Below, one piece after another: positions 27,001 through 32,007 of a stretch of 46,947 nucleotides of DNA. The stretch is taken from positions 1-46,947 of the IMG/VR virus record IMGVR_UViG_3300034147_000130, one strand, 5' to 3'. The notes under the pieces were generated by a model, which saw only the letters and a list, made by a program, of their open reading frames with translations, was not told where the DNA came from and searched no databases. This DNA is from a virus. Its lineage: Duplodnaviria > Caudoviricetes. The translations under genes and the position numbers were made by a program. Position 1 is the first letter of the stretch; each line of letters begins with the position of its first letter.

Positions 27001-29435
27001 ATCTGCTGGTCGACGCCCATGTGGGCGCGCCGGCGGGTCAGGTAGCCCCGCAGGTCGAGGGCGTGCTGGGGCGTGATCTGGCCCCGGTTGGCGAACTCGT
27101 CCACCCGCTCCTGGAAACTCTGGAACTGCTCGGGCCGGGCGGCCTCGCTGATCTGGCGGTGCAGGCTGGTGTAGAGGCCCAACTGCGACGCCGTCTGGGC
27201 CGGCTCGCCGGGGCGGCCGTGGAAGCGCCGGCGCTCGGTGCCCCGGATCGGATCGAGCACCTGGACGCCACCCGGCACGGGCGCGCCCTGGGCGGGCTGC
27301 ATCTCGTGCGCCGCGATCCCGGTTTGCGCTTCAACCCTCGAGGGTTCTGCTTGGGCACCGGGCTGCGACCAGGCGCGCACGGCCTCGCGCAGGGGCGCCG
27401 CCTGCGCCGGGGTGAGGTCGCCCTGCTCCAGCGCGTTGGTGATGTCGTGGATGACGGCCACCACGTCCATCTCGTCCTGGGCGCGGTCGAGGTCGGCCTG
27501 GATGGCAGCCACCAGGCGGGGGTTGCCGTTCTCGCCCTGGGGCAGCCCGCCGATGCGCCCGGGCAGGGCCGCGCCGGGCACGTCGACCCGGCCCACGTCC
27601 TGCAGGCCCTCCAGGCGCTCGGTCGCCGGACCAGCTCGATTCTGGGTGACGGCACCCAACTCCTCGGGGGAGCCGGCGGTGCCCCCGGCGCGCACATCGG
27701 CGCGGCCGGTGGCGATGCGGGTGCGGGGGCCGACCTGGCCCCGGTCCTCGTCCTCCATCGGGCCGCCCGCGGCCTGGCCGCGCAGTCGCCGTAGCTCCCG
27801 CTCGTACTCGATGCGGGCCTGGGCGCTGGTGATGGCGGCCTCGCCCCCGACCCGCGCCAGCCCGGCGGCGGTGCGCGCGGCCGGGTTGTCCACGATCCCG
27901 CCGGCGGTGCGGAAGCTGTCCCAGGCGTCGAGCGCGTTGCCGGCGACGGTGAGCGGGGACTCGCCCCGAGCGACGCCCTGCTGCACCGCCCCGGCGGCGC
28001 CGGCCGCGCCGGCGACCTGGCCCACCACCTCGGCGCCCCGAGAGGCCCGCCTGATCCGGTCGGCCTGTTGGCCCAGGCGGGCCACGTCCAGGGCCTCGCC
28101 GGGGTCGGCCACGTCCACGATGTTGCCGGCCAGGTTGGCGTACTCCGGCTCGACGCCCTGCCCGATGAGGTAGTTGGTGACCGCCCCGGGGCCGGCCAGG
28201 CGGGCCGACTGGAGCGCACCCTTGAACGGGGCCATCATGGTCAGCAAGGCGGTGAGCAACTCCGGCCCGGCCAGGATGCGGTCGAAGGCGGACTGCTCCC
28301 GGCCGTACAGGTCCTTCCCCACCAGGGCCTTCATCCCGGCGTTGAGGGCCTGCGCCGGGGAGCCGACCCACTGGGCGACGGCGCCCTCGGCCGCCAGGTA
28401 GCCCCCCTGCTGGCCCTGGCCCAACTCGGGGGGCACGTCCGCGCCCCGGGCCTGGGGGTGGTTGGTGGCCCGCCCGCTGGCCTGCTCGACGTAGCTGCCC
28501 ACGTCGGCCAGGCCCTTGCCGTAGGCGGCGTCCTCGTCGGCCATGGGGTCGATGCGCCCGCCCTGCCGGTCGGCCTCTTCCTCTAGCCCCTTGGTGGTGA
28601 GCGGGGCCTCGGGCAGGTCGCGGGTCAACTCCTGGGGGTCGGGCCGGTAGTCGGCGTCCCCGCCCAGTTCCCGGGTGGTGGCGGTGGCGCCCTCCTGGAA
28701 GCCGGTCTCCACGTCCCGCTGGCGGTCTCTGGCCGCCTGGGCCTCGGCCTCCTGCTGGCCCACCGTGCGCCCGCGCGGCTCCGGGCTGATGCGCGCCCCG
28801 GTGTCGTCAAACTGGGGCGGGCCTTCGTCCGCCGGCGCGGCGCGGCGCGCGACCTCGGCCGCCTGCTCCTGCTGGCGCTGGGCCTGCCACGCCGGCGTGC
28901 CCCGCTGCTCGGGTAGCTCGGGCTGAGCCGGCGGGATGGGGCGCTGGGGTGCCGGTTCTGGCTCGGACTGGGGCAGGGCCTGCACCGGGGCGTTGATGGG
29001 CTGCTGGGGCTGGGGCGCGTCGTAGGCGCTCTGGCCCAGGTCGGGCTGCGGCCCGGTCTGGTAGGGGTTCTGGGGCGCCTGGTCGTCCTGGCCGGGGTAG
29101 GGGCGCCAGTCCGCGCCCGTGGCGGGGGCTGCCTCGGGCTGCTGGGTGAGTTGCTGGAGGTCCTGGCCCATGCGGGCCACCGGGTTGGCCTGGGTCAGGG
29201 CCTGGCCCGCGGCGGTCTTGGCCTGGTCGAACCACTCGCGCGCCTGGGCGATGCGGTCCTGGTTGCGCTGCTGGGCGACCTTCTGCTCCTCGAAGAGTTG
29301 GCGCGCCTCTTCGAGCCGGCGCTCCCGCTCCTGCTGCTCCTTAAGGGCCTGCTCCTCGCCCTCGTCCACCACCGCCTGCTGGGAGCCGCGCAGGTTCAGG
29401 GCGCCGGAGACCGTCCGCCAGAAGCCGTCAGCCAC
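18012..29435 (-). CDS. Giant polyvalent virion protein (3807 aa): TnsA-like nuclease, SAM-lyase-like, HExxH peptidase, LPD38-like C-terminus
   Basis: Uninterrupted ORF with GGAGG RBS. Motifs FDSLYE..LDSDPNV..W / PDFLV.YKDG / IEVK; IGTW...LDVS...QQAIF; IVHELTH; PFWKIPYN...ERSPLG, SVNVGGRWV, IPGLSENVPVARDAYG. Confidence 0.85.
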   Translation of the reverse strand: MADGFWRTVSGALNLRGSQQAVVDEGEEQALKEQQERERRLEEARQLFEEQKVAQQRNQDRIAQAREWFDQAKTAAGQALTQANPVARMGQDLQQLTQQPEAAPATGADWRPYPGQDDQAPQNPYQTGPQPDLGQSAYDAPQPQQPINAPVQALPQSEPEPAPQRPIPPAQPELPEQRGTPAWQAQRQQEQAAEVARRAAPADEGPPQFDDTGARISPEPRGRTVGQQEAEAQAARDRQRDVETGFQEGATATTRELGGDADYRPDPQELTRDLPEAPLTTKGLEEEADRQGGRIDPMADEDAAYGKGLADVGSYVEQASGRATNHPQARGADVPPELGQGQQGGYLAAEGAVAQWVGSPAQALNAGMKALVGKDLYGREQSAFDRILAGPELLTALLTMMAPFKGALQSARLAGPGAVTNYLIGQGVEPEYANLAGNIVDVADPGEALDVARLGQQADRIRRASRGAEVVGQVAGAAGAAGAVQQGVARGESPLTVAGNALDAWDSFRTAGGIVDNPAARTAAGLARVGGEAAITSAQARIEYERELRRLRGQAAGGPMEDEDRGQVGPRTRIATGRADVRAGGTAGSPEELGAVTQNRAGPATERLEGLQDVGRVDVPGAALPGRIGGLPQGENGNPRLVAAIQADLDRAQDEMDVVAVIHDITNALEQGDLTPAQAAPLREAVRAWSQPGAQAEPSRVEAQTGIAAHEMQPAQGAPVPGGVQVLDPIRGTERRRFHGRPGEPAQTASQLGLYTSLHRQISEAARPEQFQSFQERVDEFANRGQITPQHALDLRGYLTRRRAHMGVDQQIADQADITEAPMLTEPDEALRTAGTQLQNHAYASTLDQMEMAAAAQNQEGRSTLDEMGHSLPGMTRTGLLTTEQEQALTRRLAFLTGGPAAPVSITPQPHQPGETVPARPRTDVPEPPLMRPELGGKAPAGERPGVWYSQMERVLQQKFRQPKMQAAQVRQLLLGNGVKKEELFWTGIGEMLDAAEQAGTPIARDDLIDRAQTNRLPLAESVLGFRRVGASTPEDVARIRAEVQGHVERATMYGQDPDIRQNMKDLAGPHLDAATGPVRTNEEHAFREGIYDRLLAPPTEDYMTGDAVGPDATPEEVAQAWLHNLDDFTHNVSLLLASGGRGIAASEAARRDLNEAVRPLRRRIYAAVDASQKLKEEYAPRREGQPEHAYYGGPGQGNYTLRAGAKRANNPRESLLQMRKQSDDAARVMSGELAGQRRDVAEFSVGAHFGGREGIFGSGRTHDDTLADGRTTVHSNEDQSDIQQRGRKSGTWDRVAMAAAWNQEVPAGIAADVRHLGDQYEHVARAEGEMARTLRQQPDPITGTSRTTLRRAKEDAEQWAHRVIYAMESIQRIEKRMRASGQDPAVERDDPNSAYAQKIAQRDQAPPASLNPDAVEYALAYRDLHILRGDLHAKYGGEDAQADWIAYNRAQVKEFERRRLDLEQRAQAAYRQEEAELGSDAEGVTEGTILDGASRALYTAMDGAQQHLDTAATNIPPGYPRAPFPDNTVIEKLVERHLRDAVDRGAEAMSWSTGQVIARRWSAGRIAEEVRYDAARKQLHVLPRGEPGTAGRYRTYEAPPQKVADYVGAEAARHLTDPANVGPDGMAVLAGDDIMVMDSTGRVFIQQYDKTMVSIANRIAKQFGVQVEKTRLQEPEGHDPSEDPDLEAWALPINDALRKRVQEGFALYHEMAPADQGARERTRQDYEQAGEEAPPGTPDDLDAWDEGRLPDQVGRGEPGEQGDAGIATSEMTPTEPGEVGDEAEAEAAPEEEVTDEAEDEAVAGGMDRDAELAGSAGFRAVGPDAQGRMQIRQKLRGVEGNTARAGSDHPLYPMKAGWTPPSTGPLKAVPGEYGNAPLGPGWTDDGTVPGVGRFAGRGEPGRAPAFPTPEGGWPTMVADAKMAEELGIKEGDEVVILPPEPGTLLTGTDFLYWQAASRGRLGDLFKPDDPVTGVHYRWENAPTTAEPAEPMGRLDTSPLPAYPYRERLEATAPGANRRVLEQRRAESAQKAAEREAREAPGRAAREQVKADEAAARERGRAAAQKANDESRLAAAKTPAARAKLEDAFRERDARAAERAARSAVNQRIKADETVAERERKAIEKRALQNATAAKGFDPKGASLDAVIEGLRVYDLSGKSTTYAADQAGIPEDVLEAALNVLSEANLPRGEQLKRTGQERGAIKSETDDPNAGIAYTSKKTGVEQHFDSLYELLLAVRLDSDPNVETWTKSLSQRGRVRFQIKPERRFHPITRPGGIMDAGQEGIFAPDFLVTYKDGSQEVIEVKHAAAWELDPWKVPEKVGTARVRYGQREVPFRLFTEDQIGRRWGWNLAKQLAGKGPNTGDIWSADQDAGFSLDLTDKDGNVVGTVGKGLIRFDKKTGKVESSIQQTVDTTMRQREALHLGDPGGRGVAEFNDSAPYRRAEQLDDPMAGLWPKNEANYRAQMLAHNQTTGEARGSTVWPGAAGGVPKAVQDRVDRGEDVWMVGVFPDYSDDVGQTHDFNETSGGFRLAQFHAEARRLFNAFPTLAIGTWAGEPRRPDGTVDRGKRAINLDVSIPVADKATALMLAGKFRQQAIFNYTSLFNKNVEEMVNVDEGTWGPKDWTEDDQIEAVEQYALRDDAGAGDNVAGAVRGVVEGAPGEAGGPGGVADAVQAERGLAPNGLPGDAGRPDDGAGGEGVRGAGSGAGEAGRVGPPTSPGPATPRPATGPGSVGPDPNGVVGQANAELGLTPLPDEQDELGGVSGNVITGAALGLNPEREARRRTNRLLDAAPPVGPSGSGQRWVNLYKKGDGSAHDGAVQRVTNGQAGGVPAGQARANHSFLVGEWRDAFLAVRQALIAHAQARGTADAQRFERAEPYGILTAGTLLAVNVAPTEGRNQGKPSRVAFNPHAALTQAVNDLTRRGERIDRTVYPTGTAWKKAVAYKIAAQFAEDIVHELTHNEITHNDHDADPLWTQRLRENQNAVPLEVRAAHKRFMTLLQENDFELLDQLASETGHLFDNGIKGPAGPNGQPAPDPVLSWDTFLQRGHDRTTGAPRGQVRGPGGAHERGGLSGATATQPGATGNGAGRGAGGTGLGRGNRPGVDASGVDAGRARPGVAGGDSFGPDSGAGLGAGTGTGVRGGPGDVPGPGGRPADVRGGGPGLGGISTSPIRAASASRQRRAAARRGTTGATATAPGGAAAPGAGGTTPPGGTAGPPSGAAPGGAGGQPGAPGQPAAAPAGGVTPQTAPSGWETAGAASKLSMLLSPNGLLRQLTGNIGTAAWQPFERAAAGLTATGVDRSGRADVPSFRESGAMFKSYVKNFKPAMRHMKESLNKANTTASASAQGATSAPGRPDPKNVFHRKLANGVDAGFRWLSVFDAATRYAAGAAEQAALDARTQHRGAQGKATLTKAEIAERVQKAKDYRTLTQELDDHLSKSVDEFSKIPVVGSLVVPFWKIPYNGMKYDLERSPLGLGKAAFDIAANRGGARTTLDRTEMYERLARGTMGSALSMGLMLAMATGTIRVTGEEPDDPEELKQWRAENKSPFSVNVGGRWVPVTLVPGLNAALTQASALNDIVTRHEAAGKAWDGDAYYRAANRLVTTVAQYSLNRPFFEGLSEVLAGGRRQFSGSDEGGLLEVGKEQATGRAVPRIVREVERATSGVNRSPRDEGERILANIPGLSENVPVARDAYGKVRQRTGSGAERFLSPLLGAQEQTSPRRYLDSKSAIEDTTIAQAARTVDKANEAAIKGLPVPPNQRPTARQRALAQRTKRFEYAQATKTEKERREKQSAQPSAIAKMLAGVR
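19703..20422 (-). CDS. Nested +1-frame gene B inside the giant protein (239 aa, acidic helical core)
   Basis: AGGAG (20434-20430), 7 nt, TTG start, TAA stop. Core DEAIDQELMRAGLMRAVHDQASPEEIRSALIRVRDSGLEPELEYEVALGTYPGLADAL is protein-like while the main frame here is a Gly/Arg linker. Confidence 0.7.
   Translation of the reverse strand: MSYSTNLPPRRGTSSTTGSRGRPDPTGSPPPIPSSPGTPSSSEDTTAPPAPPVARSEAPAAPTSEGASPAPPPPNPEQLGTGPGGGLAEPDSDEAIDQELMRAGLMRAVHDQASPEEIRSALIRVRDSGLEPELEYEVALGTYPGLADALPTFEEVDPDSEGSAPPPSEPLAPPDSGAPPLAEEPQGLPPPPPEAPLPPEPEEPPLPAGPPDPRAALRRAAQEGNRGRPANRPPRPPAA
21158..21601 (-). CDS. Nested +1-frame gene A inside the giant protein (147 aa)
   Basis: GAGGAG (21614-21609), 7 nt, ATG start, TAG stop. 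Core EITSPEQFEAWWKAHLAKPVGLAGWLTRYKLNAASRRMGY...EQEARAYAAREAE uses GC-ending codons. Confidence 0.72.
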   Translation of the reverse strand: MSMRAPGDPRTGPRTTRSRPSSNTPSETTPAPEITSPEQFEAWWKAHLAKPVGLAGWLTRYKLNAASRRMGYPGTPGDPTTEQEARAYAAREAEQGRPAGSAPLPALGQRLRDRLPAPAASAPTPTASSARPTPNSASPPSPTSKTS

Positions 29436-29444
29436 AGGGGCCTC

Positions 29445-30239
29445 CTATACGCCGGGCAGGGCCGAGGTCATGGGCCTCGGGCGGATCAGGCGGGCGATGT
29501 TGGAGATGGCCTGCATCCCCCCGCCCGTGGGCGTCACCGGGGGCGGGGGCAGCGTCGGCGGCCCCAGGCCGGGTGCGGGCAGGGCCAGGTTGGCCGGGTC
29601 GCCGGGGCCAGGCAGCCCGGGCGCGCCCGGAGTGCCCATCGGCACGCCCCGTGGCCCGATCTGCGGGATTGGCACAGAAGGTGCACCGGGCGGACCGCCC
29701 ACGGGCGCCGGCGACGACGCCGGAAGGCCGGGGCCGGCCGGTCCGGGCGGGCCGGCCGCGTTCATGTCGAGTGGCGGGGGCGGCCCCATGGGGGGCACAG
29801 GCGCCGCCCCCGCCATCGGCGCCGGACCCAGGCCCGCGCCCAGAGCCTGTCCGCCTTGCGGCGGCCCGCCCAGGCCGGTGCCCGTTTGGTCGTCCGGGAT
29901 GCCCGTGTCGTCCAGCCCGGGGACGCCCAGCGCCGCGCGCCCCTGCCCGGGGAACGCCTCGCGTAGGTGCACCAGCAGGCTGTCCCGCTCGGTGGGGGTG
30001 GCGAACAGCCAGCGGTTGGCCAACTGCTGCCGGAAGTCCGGGGACTGCTGCAGCATGGCCGTGTACTGGCCCCGGGTCAGCCGGCCGCCCCCGCCGATCT
30101 GCTTCTGGGGGTTGTCCTCCACCGAGGTGAAGTCGTCCAAATATGCCATCGTTGACCTGAGCCGCGCGTCGCTAATCTCCCCGGCTTCCTTCAGGATGCG
30201 CCCGATGGAGCCGCGCGGATTGCCAAACCTAGATGGCAT
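29445..30239 (-). CDS. Hypothetical virion-module protein with Pro/Gly-rich C-terminus
   Basis: 264 aa ORF in the operon direction; helical N-terminal half. Confidence 0.65.
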   Translation of the reverse strand: MPSRFGNPRGSIGRILKEAGEISDARLRSTMAYLDDFTSVEDNPQKQIGGGGRLTRGQYTAMLQQSPDFRQQLANRWLFATPTERDSLLVHLREAFPGQGRAALGVPGLDDTGIPDDQTGTGLGGPPQGGQALGAGLGPAPMAGAAPVPPMGPPPPLDMNAAGPPGPAGPGLPASSPAPVGGPPGAPSVPIPQIGPRGVPMGTPGAPGLPGPGDPANLALPAPGLGPPTLPPPPVTPTGGGMQAISNIARLIRPRPMTSALPGV

Positions 30240-30252
30240 ACAATTCGTCTAG

Positions 30253-30645
30253 ATGACGAGCGTCAAGCCAGGTACCAAGCCCATGCCCCTGTACATCCGC
30301 TTCTGGTTGCGGGTAGAGAAACGGGGAGCGGACGACTGCTGGCGCTGGGGCGGAAAGCCCAGGCCGGACGGCTACGGGGAGTTGACGGTCGACGGTCGGC
30401 GCCAGCTTGCGCACCGGGTCGCGTTCCTCCTCACCCACGGGCGCTACCCCTTCATCGGCCGCCACTCGTGCGACAACCGCATCTGCGTCAACCCGTCCCA
30501 CGTTCTGGATGGGACCAAGCGGGACAACAGCAGGGACATGGTACTCCGTAATCCCACGATGAGCGGCGCCGATGCGAGTGATCGAGCGCTCAGGGGGTGG
30601 GCGACCAGGCGCCAAAAGGCCCGGGTACTGGCCCGGGCCTTTTGA
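30253..30645 (+). CDS. HNH homing endonuclease (antisense to late operon)
   Basis: RFW..V....CW.W.G....GYG...AHRVAF...RHSCDNRICVNPSHV..GT..DN. TACAAT at 30239-30244 lies just upstream, so the transcript is probably leaderless. Confidence 0.92.
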   Translation: MTSVKPGTKPMPLYIRFWLRVEKRGADDCWRWGGKPRPDGYGELTVDGRRQLAHRVAFLLTHGRYPFIGRHSCDNRICVNPSHVLDGTKRDNSRDMVLRNPTMSGADASDRALRGWATRRQKARVLARAF

Positions 30646-30767
30646 CCCCCGGCTTTTACCGTTCCGCTACGCGGATTGGCTACTGGACCGGGCGCCCGCG
30701 GTGCAGGACCCCGACACCACCGAGCCTGACCGGGCCGGCGTGTCATCGGAGACCTGCGAGATTGAGG

Positions 30768-30947
30768 TTAACTGCTCGGGGCGGCCGCGTCAAGCCGCCC
30801 CAGCCGGGCGGCCAGGTCGGCCACCGTCAGCCCATAGACGGGCAGCACGATGGCCAGCACCCAGCGGGCCTCGGCGTCGCTCAGGTCGCCCCGCCGGCGC
30901 TTGGCGAACAGGTCGCGGATCAGGTCGACCACGGCGGCGGGGAGCAT
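30768..30947 (-). CDS. Small hypothetical protein (59 aa)
   Basis: Below the track cut-off: MLPAAVVDLIRDLFAKRRRGDLSDAEARWVLAIVLPVYGLTVADLAARLGRLDAAAPSS*. Typical codon usage; fills the operon gap. Confidence 0.6.
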   Translation of the reverse strand: MLPAAVVDLIRDLFAKRRRGDLSDAEARWVLAIVLPVYGLTVADLAARLGRLDAAAPSS

Positions 30948-30965
30948 CCCGGAGTGCGCCTACGC

Positions 30966-31559
30966 CTACGCCGGTTGCTTGTCGGGAGGTGGGGCGCCGG
31001 CGGTGTCCACCCGGCCCTCGTCCAGCCGGCTCTTGGCGACCTGACGCCCGGTGCTGGGGTCGTAGACCCGCCACTCCCCGGTCGTGCCGTAGTCCCGAAT
31101 CTCCAGCCCGCGGTCCTTGGCCTTAGCCTCGGCCTGCTTCCGCTCGTCCTCGCCGCCGGTCTCGGCCGCCGCGCCCTGGGCGTCGCCCTCCTCCACCTCG
31201 TCGGTCTCGGAGTCGGGGAGGGTGCCGCCCAGCGGCCCGGTGGGGTACGAACCCCGGTCGACCTCGGGGTCGCCCGTGCGCGGGGGCGCGGGCGGGGCGG
31301 GCTGGCCCATCTCCTGGAGCCGGACCTGCTCCTTCATCACCCCCTGCGGCTCGTCGCCGTCCTGGCCCTGCTCCTCGCGCTGGTACGCCTCCCAGGCCAT
31401 GCGGGCGTTCTCGCCCACCACCCCCGCCTGCTGGAGCAGCATCTCGCGCTCCTCGGCGTCGATCTCGTTGATCGGGTAGTCGGGCCAGTGCTTGCCGTCC
31501 TCGGGGTCGTCGTCGCGCCGGAGGATGTCCTGGTTGGGCTGCTGGTAGACCTGGGACAC
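30966..31559 (-). CDS. Acidic hypothetical protein
   Basis: 197 aa with AGGAAG RBS, in operon. Confidence 0.7.
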   Translation of the reverse strand: MSQVYQQPNQDILRRDDDPEDGKHWPDYPINEIDAEEREMLLQQAGVVGENARMAWEAYQREEQGQDGDEPQGVMKEQVRLQEMGQPAPPAPPRTGDPEVDRGSYPTGPLGGTLPDSETDEVEEGDAQGAAAETGGEDERKQAEAKAKDRGLEIRDYGTTGEWRVYDPSTGRQVAKSRLDEGRVDTAGAPPPDKQPA

Positions 31560-31571
31560 GTCGCTCTTCCT

Positions 31572-32000
31572 TTAGGTGGCGCGCCGCACGTACCGGCCCG
31601 AAGGGTCGCGCTTCCCCTGGGGCTGTGCCGGGCTGCCCGGGCGACCCGTCTGCACGGGCCTGACCTGCGGCTTGGCCGCGTTGGTCGTGCGGCGATAGTA
31701 GCCCTCGCCCGGACTGGGGTCGACCACCATCCCGGCCACCGCGTGACTCGCATCAGGCACGGGCTGTGCCGGCATCGAGCCGGAGACCAGGGGCAGGTCG
31801 TAGCCACTGCCCTGGCCCATCTCGCGCCGGCCGCGCTCCACCAGGGCGAGGAAGTCGCTATCGGAGTAGTGGTCGCCCATGCGCAGCAGGCTGAGCACGG
31901 CGTAGCCGAAGGGGCCGGCCCAGCGCAGGGCCTCCCGCTCGGCCTCTTCCGCCTGCAGGCGCTGCGTCGTGCCGTACCGGGACTGCAGTCCGTTGCTCAT
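31572..32000 (-). CDS. Hypothetical protein
   Basis: 142 aa directly after portal; GAGG RBS; ends in an RDPSGRY motif. Confidence 0.7.
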   Translation of the reverse strand: MSNGLQSRYGTTQRLQAEEAEREALRWAGPFGYAVLSLLRMGDHYSDSDFLALVERGRREMGQGSGYDLPLVSGSMPAQPVPDASHAVAGMVVDPSPGEGYYRRTTNAAKPQVRPVQTGRPGSPAQPQGKRDPSGRYVRRAT

Positions 32001-32007
32001 GCTCTGC

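Noticed and set aside
21680-28810. Other +1-frame ORFs in the giant gene (21680-22099, 22301-22501, 22532-22870, 23597-23821, 25202-25735, 27038-28219, 28625-28810)
   Set aside because: R/P/S/T/A shadow composition, and the main frame keeps normal codon bias, unlike nested genes A and B.
30240-30767. Group I intron carrying an antisense HNH
   Set aside because: No recognisable P7/catalytic core, flanks too short, and the neighbouring genes look intact.
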